Shown in pieces: positions 36,937-51,078 of a DNA stretch of 64,000 nt (position 1 is its first letter; every line of letters begins with the position of its first letter). The translations under genes were made by a program, and so were the position numbers. The notes beneath the pieces are model-generated. The model did no database searches, was not told where the DNA came from, and saw only the letters and a list, made by a program, of their open reading frames with translations. Source of the stretch: Octopus vulgaris. Lineage: Eukaryota. The stretch is taken from the NCBI GenBank assembly GCA_951406725.2, contig OX597816.1, positions 126,790,001 to 126,854,000 of the forward strand. Reading direction: 5' to 3'.

Positions 36937-37485
36937 TGTTCAGAATATTTTAAATAATAAAACTTTGTCAAAGATATGAGTGAGAATATAATACAAATGA
37001 TATAGGTAACTTGATAAACGTTTTGAATGTTAATGAATATTGAAGAATATAGCAAATGGAAAAATTCTATATATTCTAATATGTTCTTGTAGGTAAGATA
37101 GCGAGCTAGCAGAAACGTTAAAACGCTGGACAAAATGCTTAACTGTATTTCTTCTGTCTTTACGCTCTGAGTTCAAATTCTGCCAAGGTCAACTTTGCCT
37201 TTCATCCTTTCGGAGTCGATAAATTAAGTGCCAGTTACATACTAGGGCTGATCTAATTGACTGGCCCCTTCCCCCATAATTTCAGGCCTTGCACCTAGGG
37301 TAGATAAGAATATATTCCTGTAGATACAATGTATGTTCAGAATAGTTTAAATAATAAAACTTTATCAAAGATATGAGTGAGAATATAATACAAATTATAT
37401 AGGTAGCTTGATAAATGTTTTGAACCTAATAAAATAATGAATATTAAAGAATATAGCAAATGGAAAAATTCTATATATTGTAATA
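36937..37485 (+). repeat. ~150-bp local direct duplication (36937-37080 and 37335-37485)
   Basis: tgttcagaata.tttaaataataaaacttt.tcaaagatatgagtgagaatataatacaaat... present twice. Confidence 0.9.
37096..37309 (+). mobile_element. SINE family B copy
   Basis: Matches 33839-34000; flanked by aatatgttcttgtag / aatatattcctgtag (likely TSD). Confidence 0.88.
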
Positions 37486-40400
37486 TCCATATATATTATA
37501 GATAAGGTATTTCATTACCAAATATTTTTACTGATGTGCATGAAGATGGAATATAATAAGGCTGGGAATCTTATAATAGTTTAGATTTATTACATCTATA
37601 CCATTACTATTTACTAGCTTTTAAGATACTGAGACACAGACATAACTGTGAAATTGAGATGCTCTTTTGATTCAACTACATGGCACTTTGCTCATGTTAT
37701 GAAACCAAAACTTTTGACTTGTGAGTGAATTTGGTGGACAGAAACTGTGTGGAAGTCAGTTGAATGGATTGCACTTGTTCTTGGAAGGTAGACTTAACCT
37801 ATTACCTAATTTACTAATAGAATTTAACCTTCAGGGTCTTTAGTATCTTCTCTTGCAAGTATTGGGCACAAGTATCCAGTCTGAGGATAAGCCATAAATC
37901 ATGATTTTTTCCTTCCTTTTCCCACCATTCTGGAAACACTACTGAAGGTCATGTGTGCTATCATTTTTCTACTACTATGTTGAATTTAATTAACTTAATA
38001 TCTGTTCAAGAAAAAAATGTCAGAAGAATCAAAGATTTGTTTATTATATAAACACATCAGTACTTGTTAATTGTATTTGTGGGTTAACAATAGGAACATT
38101 AGTCTATCTCAGATGAAAAATTGTTGATCTTTTGGTTTTCTGAATCAGGAGTGCCTTATATCTAGAAAATGGTATCAATTTAAACTATTTGAGTATTTAA
38201 AAAAAGAAATAATAATTGAAAGTGATATATTTTATGAAGAAGGCAGAAGTAAATCCTACGAGACAAACCATGAAATTACATTTAATTTGCATGTTTTAAC
38301 ATTATATTTTAATAAACTAACAATGTTCTTTATTTTATTGAAAAGAAGTACAAGAAATTCATTTTCCAGTTATTTGATGAATATTAACTAACAGCTTTAT
38401 AGTTTACCTACCAAATTTAAAGGTCTTCTGTTTATTGTATTTATCTCTAAGATGAGTGTTTATGACCAATATTTTTAGCTTTCTTCACTATAATATGAAG
38501 CATTTAGAAAATGGTTATTTGAGTTTATTATAAATTTTAAATATTTTTAAATACTGAAAGTGTTTATAGGTTGATTATACTACATTGGTCATTGGCCAAA
38601 CTGAACAACCCAAAAGATTTGTGCCTGCCACTGCATTACTTGTTGTTCAGGAGTAATATCAGCATTTTAGTAAATATAAACTCTTTGGGTTGTAAAAATT
38701 AAATACAATGTTTTGAATCAATAAGAGAAATCTAAGATATCAAATACCTTGATAACTGACTCACATTGGTGCCTGTAATAATTAATGATAAGATTAGTAG
38801 CAATAGTGATATAGACAATTTCTAAAGCAAAATATGTTTTAGTCAATTCATTAGGCTCTCATACATTGTTAACGTCTTAAAACACAAATGAGAAGAAGAG
38901 GCAGAAGAAAAATTAATTCTTTCAAATGCCCTGTCCAATTAATTTTAAGCATGTAGTGTAGCATAGTACTGTTCACTTCTGTATGCAGTGATGGCAATGT
39001 ACAATTAATAGATATTTTCTTTTGTTCCCTCTGTTGAATTGAAACTGCTCTTTCAGTTGGTTTAGTTATGTTTAAATGGATATGAAACGAATTTAAACAA
39101 ATCTAGTCGTCGTTTATGTCTTTCATCAGCATTCTAATATTAATTGACATGGGTGTCTGTTATCCTCTTGAATATTCTGATATTTTTCCTGAAGCATAAA
39201 TCATTAGTTTGGAAGTCATATTTTCTATTTTATTATAAATTTAGCAAAGTTTAAGTTTTTGGCTAAATACTGCCATCACAGATATATATAAACGTTGTAT
39301 TAAATATCAAATTTTATTTCATTGTTTAGTTAACAATACAGTCAGTACACATTATTCTTTCATCTCACATATTTACTTAGTTGAAAGGCATAATAGTTTA
39401 TTGTGTTTAGTTTTAGCTGTTTAGAAGAATGTAGAATCTAGAGAAATGTAGAGGAGGGCATTACTACCAATTATATTTCTTGCAAGGAATGATTATTCGC
39501 AGAACAGTGACTTATTACAAATCTGCAATACATAAATTATGAACTAAAGTTTGGCACCGTGCCCCCAATAAGTTTCTTATGCATTTTTGGAGAATTAATA
39601 TACAAACACAAAATTTTCCTCTACAATCAATAAGTTAAATTAATGTCTACATTTTCTGATAGCAACTAGAAAGTCACTCAGTGATTGGCAAGGTTCTACT
39701 TAGTAACATACTACAGTCACTGACTTCTTTTCTGTTGCTAATTCAATGATTTGGGGGCTTATCACTAGTTACCTACCCTTTTGGTTATGCTCCCCTTTTT
39801 TCTCCCTGATTCTGAATTTTCAGTTATTGTTCTCCACACTGCTGTTTCCTGGTTATAATTTTTGTAATTCTGTTCACTTCAACTTAGAGATGTTCAAACT
39901 GAATAACAATTTCACTATTATTACACATCTGATAATGTTATAGACATGTCCCACCTCTGCAGACTAAACAACAGGAAAAAAAACATAAAAATGAAATATA
40001 GATAATGAATTCCCAGCTTGGAATGGCTTTGGCTAAATAAAAACAAATCAATTTTTATTTGTATGCAAAGTCATGTACTTTAGCTTCTAATTAAAATATT
40101 AATAACCATCAATACATTATTCAAGTCTGCTCTAGTTTGCATAATCCTCATATTGACAATTATTTCAAATATAATTGCCAGTTTTACTGTTCTAATCTCC
40201 GTCTCTTTCATTTGGATATTAATGTAAATATACTTTCTGCTACATTTTTTTCACTTGACATAAATCATTTTAATATGAGTAAAAATATATATCTATTGCA
40301 ATGCAGCAGTACTATTTCAAAAATCTACACCAGATGTATTTCCGTCATTTATACTTTAATAATTTGTATATCTACAGTCCTTCAATTATCTAAAGTAACC

Positions 40401-41220
40401 CCCCAACATTTCAGTATACTTTGCAATTAATTAGATTCATATGCTCAGCTCCTTTGAGTACAGATAAGCACAGCAGTGCAGTTAGTATAAGTTGAATGTT
40501 TTATGGGAATGTTTTGTGTTTCACAGGCTTGAGTTTCAAGGTATTAATTGATATGTCTTTCATCTCAGTATAAGGAAATAAATATTGGTGATAAAATTGT
40601 TTTATGTATGAATATTGACTAAACTGTTCTTAAAGACTTTGCTTTGCACCTTGGGCAAGTGTCTTCATCTATTACTTTGGTTGAATATAAACCAATAACT
40701 TGTAATTTCATTTGGAAGATGGTAACTATGAAGAGGTGCATGTGTGTATATCTGTCTATCCATCAATGTATCTATTTGTGTGTCTGTCTGTCTGTCTCTC
40801 TTTACCCATCTCTTTCTCCACCACTGTCTCTCCCTATGTATACTTATATATTCACACGCATGCATATATATATATATACACATTCATATGCAAGCATGAT
40901 TGCATTCTTACAGAATTTTGCTCCACAGCCATAAGGTACCTGGTTTGATCTAGTGTAGCACCTTGGGCAAGTATCTTTAACTTGGGCTGATCCAAATTTT
41001 GTGAGTGAATTTGGGTAGACCACAACTGTATAAAAGTCCTTTGGTTCATGCTGATTCTGCTTCAGAATTACATTAATATTACACATGTCTTTCGAATACT
41101 CAGCTATTTTGAATGCCGATTCAACGAGAATGGGTCATCTGTTTGATTGATCTAATGTGTGCTCATGCATCAAAATGAAGTCCAAGTGGACCCTATTATA
41201 TATCATTATTTGGTATGATT

Positions 41221-41432
41221 AAGGCTGCAAACTGGCAGAATTGTTAGCATACCAGATAAAATGCTTAGTAGTATTTTGTCATCTTCTCTGTTCTGAGTCC
41301 AAGTGTTGTTAAGTTTGACTTTGCCTGTTATCCTTTCAGGGATAACAAATCAGTACCAGTTGTGCTCTGGGGTTGATTTAATCAACTATCTTCCTCTCCC
41401 AAAATTTCTGGCCTTGTGTCTGTGGTAGAAAA
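41221..41432 (+). mobile_element. SINE family B, older copy
   Basis: ctggcagaattgttagcataccagataaaatgcttag...gactttgcctgttatcctttcaggg...gtaccag. Confidence 0.8.
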
Positions 41433-42050
41433 ACTTATACAGTGTGATTTAATTTATTAACTGCATAACATATAACCAGTAATAAGAACACCATGTGTAT
41501 CCTTATATAACAAAAGAAAACAGCAAAGAGAATTCATTACACTTCAAGTTTCTTTTCAATGATCTCTATAGTTAAGAAGGTCACTGAGTATGTATAATAA
41601 AGAAAAAAAAACTGGAAAGTTCATAAATTATTCTGTTGTATCATCTTACTCGTGTTTCATTACCAATAATATTCATTATATAATAAAAGCCTCATAAACA
41701 GATTATATAATGAAATTTTCAGTGTTTGCATAACAAAAATAAATAAGTGTTAAGATTTATAATGGACATTGGATTGTGTTGTGGTATCAACAAACATAAC
41801 TACTGCGTTAAAATGGGTCAAAGAATTCACTTAATACTCAAGTGGCAAGAGAGGATTTCTTCTTAACATAGTGGAGAAGGGAGTAGCTTATTTTAGTTTC
41901 TACTGTGTCTCTGTAAGTGTGTAGTGTTAACACTATTGAATTTCAAAGAAAATACCAGGGCAAATCTACATTTTATTAATTGACAGCTAGTCAGTAATTA
42001 CCATTCATCTTTGCTGATACTTGGTCAATAGGGATATGTGTGTATACACA

Positions 42051-43274
42051 CAGACACAACAGAAGTAAATAGACATGCTTATAATCATTAAAGTTTATTT
42101 AAATCTGAAATTATACATTCAAATTATTTATTAATTGTTATAATGTGAATATTTAATATTTAATGGACATGCCCTTTGCATTTTCCAATGCAAGGACCCG
42201 ATTAGGCATGTTACTGATCAGAGGACAAACTTCTCTTGCACAATTTTTTGCCAAGTTTCATGCAGCAATCTCAAAAGAACTGGTTTTGAATATGCTTTCA
42301 TGTTCCTTTTTATGAAGTGTCCTGTCCATTATAACCCATTATAACTCCATAGGGTTCATATCTGGTGACTGGTTTGGTCATGGAAGCTTTTTAATGCCAT
42401 TCTCATCCAACAAAACTTGGGTCATTTTAGTTAGGTGACAAAGGACCCCATTTTCCATAAATAAAGAGTCTTCTTTAATCATTTCACCACTGAAGAAGAT
42501 TGGAAGGAGTCCTTTCTGCAATATGGACTCATATTTATCTGAGTTTATGTTTCCTTCACACTCCACCAGCTCTGATCAACCATTGCTCCAAATTGCTCCC
42601 CAGACCATCACAGAATAGCTGCTGTGTTTCATTGTGGGTGGCAATCTTTTCACATTAAATTGTTGATCACAGAGTCTCCAGACCTGCACTCAAATACAGC
42701 AAATCTGGGCTCATCCAGTGTCCCAAAATGCTAGTGGCCTTTCCACCATCTTACTGGCCCAATCTTTTCTCTGCTTGATGATGAAGAAGTTGCTTCCTTC
42801 TTGCTGCTCTGCCATAGTAACCAAGTCTGTAGAGATACCTGACAGCTGTTCTGGGACTGGCATCAACTTGTTTTGTTATATCAGAGGACTTGCAGTAAGG
42901 ATTATCCTCCACACTTCTCTTAGCAAAGTGAAGGGTCTTGTCAGAGGGTCCTGGTTCACTTGGGCAAAGTGATGTGGACTCTTACCCCTCTATGGTGTAT
43001 TGCATAATCACTCTATTAACTGTAGAAAGCAGGATCCCAAGGTTTTCTGCAATTTTTACGCTGACTATGTCTACCTTCAGAAATACCCACAATACAGCTT
43101 CCTTGAAATTCAGACAGTTCTAACGCTTCTTTTGTACAGGGAATGATGATTAAACAGTCACATATAGAATCTGAAACATAAAAATGTCAATTAATAAAAA
43201 ATATAAACCTTTACAAGTTAGAATAAACATAAAACGATGTTTTATGGGGTGTCTATTTACTTCTGTTATGACTG
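42051..43274 (-). mobile_element. Second Tc1-family transposon (~1.22 kb), decayed; transposase remnant ~42153-43147
   Basis: TIRs cagacacaacagaagtaaatagaca / tgtctatttacttctgttatgactg; minus strand [55 protein letters not shown]. Confidence 0.92.
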
Positions 43275-43718
43275 TGTATATATAAAAAAAAAACTTACTT
43301 TTAATACAAGTCAGAGTCTGTTGTGTTCCATTACTTAATAAATGAAAAATGTATTGTAAATATACAAACGACATAACATATACTGAGTTTACACCCAGGC
43401 AGGAGACAGACATAGAAGGTCCCTAATTCTTCATCAGTTAACACCATTAATGATAAGATAGAACTTCCCATACAGGCGGTACCCATGAAAGTTGCAGTGA
43501 ATATAGGGCCGAGAGCAAACAAAACAATACAGAGTGGACATACAAAAGTGAATAAATGTGATTTAAGGCAATGGACAAAGATGAAATAAATAAGAAATGA
43601 GCAAAATATAGCCTCAGGGCTATACATACATAAGCACATTAAGCACATACTTGCATGTATGTGTATATGTATTAAGTTAGTGTTAGTAATTAAGGTAGTG
43701 TACATGTATTAAGTTAGT

Positions 43719-44055
43719 GAAGGCACATGGCTCAGTGGTTAGAGCGTCAAGCTTACGATCATGAGGTTGTGAGCTCGAATCCCGGACTGGGATGCATGTT
43801 GTGTTCTTGAGCAAGACACTTTATTTCACGTTGCTCCAGTTTCACTCAGCTGTAGAAATGAGTTGCGATGTCACAGGTGCCAAGCTGTATCAGCCGTTGC
43901 CTTTCCCTTGGATAACACTGGTGGCGTGGAGAGGGGAGGCCGGTATGCATGGGCGACTGCTAGTCTTCCATAAACAACCTTGCCTGGACTTGTGCCTGGG
44001 AGGGTAACTTTCTAGGTGCAATCCCATGGTCTGTGTTGTGACTGAAGGGGGTCTC
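43719..44055 (+). mobile_element. tRNA-derived SINE family D, full length
   Basis: A box tggctcagtgg, B-box-like gagctcgaatccc, central gtgttcttgagcaagacacttt. Confidence 0.9.
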
Positions 44056-44859
44056 AGATATTCTCTTTTCTCTCAGTGTTTTTTTTTTTATTTTACCTTG
44101 TTTTAGCTTTTGGAAGTAGGAAATTCTCTTACACACATTGGTGTATGCATATACAAAAGAACATATTTAACTTAGATATGTTTTAGCCAAAGATTGGCCC
44201 AGGCCATATCTAACTTAAAAAGCACCATCTGATAGAATCTGCTGAGATATTTTTGAATACTTTAGTTTGTATAAGTTAAGTATATATCATTGCACCTCTT
44301 ATTTATTTTTTGATGGTTAGTATTATCTCAAGTTAGAATTAGCTTTATTTAAACTTTTAATTTTAGAGTGTGTTTTTTCTATACATTTAATTTCAGACTG
44401 CATGTTTAAGGGGGTTACTTCATCACTCCTACTTTAATTCCTAGGGTCGCTAGCCATATTTTGAAACCTAAGAATTTTATCAACATTCAGGTTTCTGATA
44501 CTACATTGATAAGAGAGAGTATCTGTGTTTCAGCTGGCAATAGAGTTGCATTCAGTTTATTAGTTATTTTAGAGATATTAGAGCTGTCAGTATTATCTGC
44601 TGGGTTAGTTGTTATTGGATATAAGAATCCAACTATAAATCAATTATAAAACTGTCATATTTATGCTTGGAGGGAAAGCTTTACATTAGTCTATTAATGA
44701 CCATCATAACTATGTTTGTTTTCACATTCATTGCATAAGAAGCCTGATACGAAGTTACAAATCTTTTCTTATTTTTCTTAATGCTAGTTTTATTAGTTGT
44801 TATTTCTTGTGGAATATTTTTATTTTCAAGTCTATAAAAAAAATCTGCTAATTAAATCA

Positions 44860-45340
44860 AATGTTTTTCCATATTGACATGAGTTGGATAGTGTGACAGG
44901 AGCTCATAAACCAGAGGACTGCATGAAGCTCTGCTGTCAGTTTTGGCATGGTTTCTAATGCTAACCACTTCAGAGCATACTGTGAGGGGAGTGGTATTGA
45001 GGGAGGTGGCTTTGTGCCAGGTGATGAGAATTTAAACTATGATAGAAGGACAGAACCCTGTCTTGCTGTAGAAGCAATACAAGACTGCCACAGTCAGGGA
45101 GAGAGAGACAGACTGGCTGACAGAGCGAGAGAGAGAAGATAGTGGTAAAGATGTAATAGAGTGTACAAAAGGAAAGTGGGAGAGAGAAGGGTGATGCAGT
45201 GTGCTGTGTAACACAGGTAGTTAAGGGGGAAGCAGAGTAGTGATGATTCAGTTGACGGCAGGAGGATAGGAAAGTGAGATGACAAAGTTGCATTGGTGTC
45301 TTGGAGCAGGGAAGGTAGTGCAAGACGTAGGTTGCTTCAT
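44860..45340 (-). mobile_element. SINE-like family C old copy with GA-rich extension, nested in the Penelope-like element
   Basis: gagttggatagtgtgacaggagc...ggaggtggctttgtgccaggtgatgaga, as at 27274-27305. Confidence 0.7.
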
Positions 45341-45361
45341 TTGGTGTGTTGAGAAAATCAG

Positions 45362-45695
45362 CATCATCATCTTCCTTTTATGCCCTCCTTTCATGCTGGC
45401 ATGGGTTGGATGGTTTGACAGAAGTTAGTGAATCAGTGGACTGACCCAAGCTCTACTATCAGCTTTGGCATAATTTCTATGGTTGGATGCTTTTCCTAAT
45501 ACAAACAACTTTACAGAGAATGTTGAGTTCTTTTTACCAGGTAGCAACAGCAATGAGGTCACCAAGTACCTTCAACTGGCAATGAGGTCACCTACCTTCA
45601 ACTGGTAGGGAGTAGTGTTGAGGGAGGTGGTTTTGTACAAGGTGATGAGAGGTTAGAAAATTGAATAAAGAGATAGAAATAGTTGGTGTCTTGCT
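45362..45695 (-). mobile_element. SINE-like family C old copy, nested
   Basis: (CAT)n, catgctggcatgggttggatggtttgacag, ggatgcttttcctaat. Confidence 0.75.
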
Positions 45696-45929
45696 TATCA
45701 TTTATGCATATGTAACAAAAAAAAATTTGATTTACCCATCTGTCAGTTTTGAAGATAACTGAACTAAAATTTAATGAGTTTGAGTCACTCACCCAGTGAG
45801 TATTTCTGTTAAATTTGGTGAAAATCTGTTCAGCCTTTTTCTAGTAATTTTGCAAACATACAGACAAACAGACAAAGACGAGCAACTACAGTAACCTTGC
45901 TTAGCTTACACATGCACGGTCAAATATGG

Positions 45930-46975
45930 TGCATGTACATTAAAAATTGCTTCATTGGCTGATAGTCTTGCTATTCCATTAGATGTTTCTTTTGCTAATA
46001 CTTTTTATTGTAGAGGTTGGGTGATTTGATTGTATGTTAATGTACCTCAGGCCCACATTTGGCTTACTGAAAGGCTCAAATAATCCTATATCCAAACTAA
46101 AAGTTGCATCTAGAAAATTTACCTTATGGTAAGTATTTTTAATAGTAATGGCTGACTCAAAATTAAAAAAAAAATTTAATAAGTAGTTTTCTATTTCTCT
46201 CCATTTCTACCTTAATAATATGAAGAGAGCATTATCCCTATATAGATCACCCCCATGTTTGGAAATCAAGATTCGATTTGGGATAGGATGTATACTTCAG
46301 CTAGATCTGTGATTTGTGCAGACTTACTAGATCCCATTACTATATCAAAGGAATCTGCCCTGTCTAATCTTTACCAAAGCTCCCCATTGAAATCTATCAT
46401 TGTTCCTTGCGTAGCTAATATAATTTCTATCTCTGATCCACATAGCATAAATTAAGGCCTTATTTAGAAGAATGGGATTAATAGTTGAGTAATAGCTAGC
46501 TATGTCTAGTGCATAAATTTACTACTTTTATTTTTTCTCTAGTTCTTTATACCACTTAATTACTTACAGTAATAGTCTGAGTTTAGATTTAGAGTTAAGG
46601 ATTGATATTACCCTATCTATAATAGTTTCGCTAATCCTGCCTGCACCCAATTTGGAGGGGTATATCAGTCTAACTTTGGGATTGCTATCAAAATCATTTT
46701 ATGGTCTTACAAAATTACTTTAGGTCTTCTAGGAGCATGCATCGAATTTTGCTAGGTGTTGGTTAGGTGAGTTTTTTAAGAATTTAAACTCCATTCCAAG
46801 TATATCCCCTGTTGTTTGTTCATCTTGTGTACTGTCCTTTCTGTTGAAGTAGAATGCCTTTTATTTCATTCTACACCTAAAGTAGTTAGTGTTCTCCATG
46901 AGATTTTAAATGTATTCATTCTTCTTGAGTATTGGTATATCTTTTAGTGAAATGTTGAGTATGATTTTTTTCCAT
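45930..46975 (-). pseudogene. Penelope-like reverse transcriptase remnant
   Basis: ISLKDIPILKKNEY..RCRMK*KAFYF; DHKMI/NPKVRLIYPSK; SFDIVMGSSKSAQITDLAEVYILS; GDLYRDNALF (decayed YRDD); KVNFLDATFSLDIGLFEPFSKPN..YINIQSNHP; continues at ~44650-44760 (YAMNVKTNI..FPSKHKY). Confidence 0.85.
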
Positions 46976-49900
46976 TTTCGAGTCACAGTACTTGATAGCA
47001 ACTTTCTTTGGATATTGGGTACTAGTCAAAATAGGTGACAATTCTTTAATTGGGTACCTGATGTCAATAACAGTATGCAGCATATGAATGAGCCATGTTA
47101 CCAGAAAACTTGATTCAAAAATATCTCAAGAGATTCTATCAGATGGTGCTTTTAAGTTAGATATGGCCTGGGCCAATCTTTGGCTAAAACATATCTAAGT
47201 TATCTAAGTTATATATGTTGTTTTGTATATGCATGCATACATAAATGTGTGTATGTATGTGTGTGCATGTTTGTGTGTGTGTATTTGGCTGATGGTACAA
47301 ATGATACAAACATCTCTAAGAATCCAAGAAAACTATAAAAATGACCGATTTATGAATGAAGTTCCACAGAAATAATGTTCTGCATCAGCTTTGAGATATA
47401 TTTTTCACTCTCACCATCAGAAATGCAGTGAACCTGTCATTAGCCAGTTGGAATTGTGATATAAAATAAATAATAAAATTCAAACAACCAAATTTTAGAT
47501 ACATTCTCACAATAGAACTCAATTATTTTACAAATATCAACTATGAGGTGGTTTATTCAGTTTTCAAACCACTTTTAAATTTGAATGCTATTTACAGTGT
47601 CCTACATGATACAGAATATAGAAAGAAACTGCCTTCATATTTTATAAATTCACTCGTGTGTGTGTGTGTACATACAAAATATCTATTAGTGGTTTTGCTT
47701 TTTTTCTAAATTGCACATGCCTGACGCAAAGAATTTATTTAATTTGGTTATCAATACCATGAATATTTTACTTGCTTATTTCAATTTGTTATACTTATTT
47801 GTTATTATTTTGATATGTTCTCCTTTGTAAACACACTAATTTTAGATTGTATTCCCAGAATGAAGAATTTACTTAAACTTGAAATCCAGAATTTTATCAA
47901 AATTAATTCTTTTCCAGTAATTCCTGTAACAATTTTATAACAATTAGTTTGCTGGTGATGGTATTTGTTTATTATTAGAATCAGTGGCAGTAATAAAGAC
48001 ATAGTGAGATTTTTTTATTTTCTAAAGATTTTAAAAAATACTTTATATTTTTTCTCAGTTTTGTTTTACAATTTGCTATTTTTTCTGAAAAATAAAATAA
48101 AATAATTTTAAGAAACTTAGTTTAAATCTTTTCTATTAAGCAACATGTGCATGTGCTTGTATGTGTGTTTGTGGGTATATATGTGAATGAGTGTGTAGTC
48201 AACTAACAGTGAATTAAAATCTATTATTTCCTTGTTTCTTGAAAAAAAAATTCGATATTATTTAGGAATGTAATAAGAATACTCAATAGAAAATTGTAAA
48301 GAATATGCTGCATCTACTTCAGTAGATGAATTTTTGATGCAAACAAACCGATTTTTTTCATTTTATTTTGTATTCAAAATTCTTATGATTCTCTCTAATA
48401 ATAATGCAGTTTTACCTTTGAGAGTAAAAATTCTGTCATTTTTTTATAAATTCATATAAATATTCATGATACAAATAGATAGCAACAAAAATCCTTTTAG
48501 TTGCAATCCAGCAGTTTTCCATGCTCAATAATGGAAGAGTTAATACACAGAAACAAACAGATATATTGATATGATAAATGCATAGAATTTTTTTTTTTTT
48601 ATTGAATCGACCAACTTTATTCATTCACTAGCAGGTATCACACCAAATGTAAATGTAAAGCTAATAGCATTTCATGTTTTTATTTCCAATTGCTTTTAGG
48701 ATACCAATGTTTATAGTGCTTTTGTTATTTCATATCTTATTTCCTGTAACTGTTTGAGTGTTTTTAATGTATAATTTTTACAATTGAAATGATGTTGCCT
48801 GTATTACATAGGCTTTATAAATTATGACACATGGTAGATGTTGAAATTGAATGCTATCAAATTACATGTAATACAACTATGTTCAAGAAAGGTCAATAAG
48901 ATTGGTCTCCAGTTGAAAAATCGCATCAAACTTTTGAATAATAAAATCATCAGGGGATAAGAAATTAGATATTGTTAAAGTAGAAATCAAAATCTGCATT
49001 TATTCTAACTATTCAGAGACAGTAGGAAACTTGAATTTCCAAAATGAATTCCTTCTTGTTTCTTGCTTTCATTGAATACAATTAAAATGTGCTTGTTAAA
49101 ATAGTGATCACTCAACATGAGTTTCTGAAAATAAAGCATTTGTACCTTAACACACTTCAGTATCACTCCATAAAGTATGAAACGTTAAGTTATTTTGAAG
49201 AAAATGCTTGTCATTCACAACACAGCTATATACTATTTGGAATGTATATGGAAACCATAACGCTTCCATCAAATATTTATTTTATCATTTTGAAATATTT
49301 GAAGTGTAAATACAGGAAATTTACCAAATCTATAAAAATCAAGCTATACAGCTTTAATTTGCAATTTATTTCATTCTTAAATAAGGCTGTTTAAGCATAA
49401 AATATTACACCCTAATGTATAATTGTGCTATTGTAGATGAAAGAAAGTAATAGAAACGTGAAATACTTTCGTGCATTTGAAAGGAATAAAAGGAATAAGG
49501 ATGAATAAGAGAAGAGTAAATACAAATCTGCTAATACATTTATTCCTTTTTCACTGAATTGATAAACATATTATTCACATGGTAATAATTTTCTTTGCAT
49601 TATGAGTTGCAATATGAATATTGTGCTGCAAAATAATCATCATATGCTGATATAATCAGAATGAATGTCTAGTTACTTTAGTAAGGCTTAGATATAGCTG
49701 AGAACTCAAGCTCATAATTAATTACTGATACTTCTTCTTAGGCTCATAGAATTACTTATATAACCACTTTGTTTATCCTTCACAATTAGGATAACATAGT
49801 ACTGAATTTATTCATATATAATATACACATTTCCTCAGATTTTTAAGCATAAATATTAGGGGAGTGTTCCAGTCAGGTGTGTGTTGTATTTAGGATGACA

Positions 49901-51078
49901 TGACTGAAAGCAAGTTATATTTATTGTCAAAGCTAATAGATGTATAGTGAAGAGTTAAAATCATTATAATGATTTCATATACTTTTCTACAATAATTATA
50001 ATATATTAAATGTTCGGTACAATAAGCAAACATTTTTCCCGCAAAATTACTGTTGTCATTATTGAGTACAAGAAACTAGAATGCGATTCTTTCTGAATGG
50101 CAATATAAAGTGAAATACTTCTGTTATTTAATTGCTTTAATTAGAATGTAGATGCTTCTGTTCTCAAATATACTACTTCAGTTATTTAATATGAAGATTA
50201 AATTAATAAATAATCAATACAGATAATACATAAGTGCTGTCATTATTGAAATATAAACATAAACTGAAAGAAAGCAATACTTCTATTCCCAAATTATCAG
50301 AATCAACTGTTGCTGTGTATGTTTCTATTAAGAGAACAAAAGTATTTTATAATGAAAATATTTAAACAGAAGCATAATGAAAGTGTTAACATTCTATATT
50401 ATGTCTATTATAACCTTTGATACTGAAAGTTGATGACATAATTCCATGGGGCACATGTTTGATAGTTGTGTTCATTATATTTTTTATAAGTATGTCTATA
50501 TTGGATATTTTATGATATGAAGTAATCAAAAAATAAAATTGACATTGATAGCAATATAACAGAGTTTTCTCTTTTTTCTCATCAGAAGTTTGTTCTGTAA
50601 ATTGATAATGCCAACAAAATTCATGTCCCATGAAATTATATACTGGATGGAGGATTAAAAAATTTTTTAACTTCAAGAAAATTTAAATACTGTATTTCAG
50701 CTTATTAAGATAGTGATTTCAAATATTTTGGATAATTGATAATTTTTTTTTTTTCACTATGCTGACTTTACAGCAGATACAGTTTATATCTGCAATGGTA
50801 AAATTTAAAGGTCATTTTTGTATTTGCTTTTTGTTTTGTTTAGGATGTGACCCTTTTCAATGCATTATAGTCACCAGTTATCCTAAATCTAAATTAACAC
50901 TTCTTTTTTCTATTCACCATAATGTGTAAGAAAATTCAATGTGTATTATTCACTTGTGATATTTTCTCAAGATTTCAGAGTTCATAACTAGAACTCTACA
51001 TAATTCATGAATGCACACTATATACAAATAAGTGTTTATTACAAAATATTTTCCTTACTTTCAAATTATATCTTACAT

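Larger units (their letters stand above)
44057..47234 (-). mobile_element. Penelope-like retroelement, decayed, with inverted terminal segment and nested insertions
   Basis: Inverted repeat 44145-44258 / 47113-47234; minus-strand PLE-type ORF remnants between; degenerate hammerhead-shaped fold at 44120-44240. Confidence 0.85.

Noticed and set aside
38598-38693. Alternative hairpins (ctgaacaac/gttgttcag; acaacccaaa/tttgggttgt) as pre-miRNA
   Set aside because: Stems of only 9-10 bp with large loops; compatible with chance.
43375-43445. Minus-strand CTGATGA ... TAAACTCAGTA
   Set aside because: GAAA absent and no convincing stems.
43719-43792. tRNA gene
   Set aside because: A/B boxes present but no complete cloverleaf; continues into a SINE body. 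Same applies to 61386-61460.
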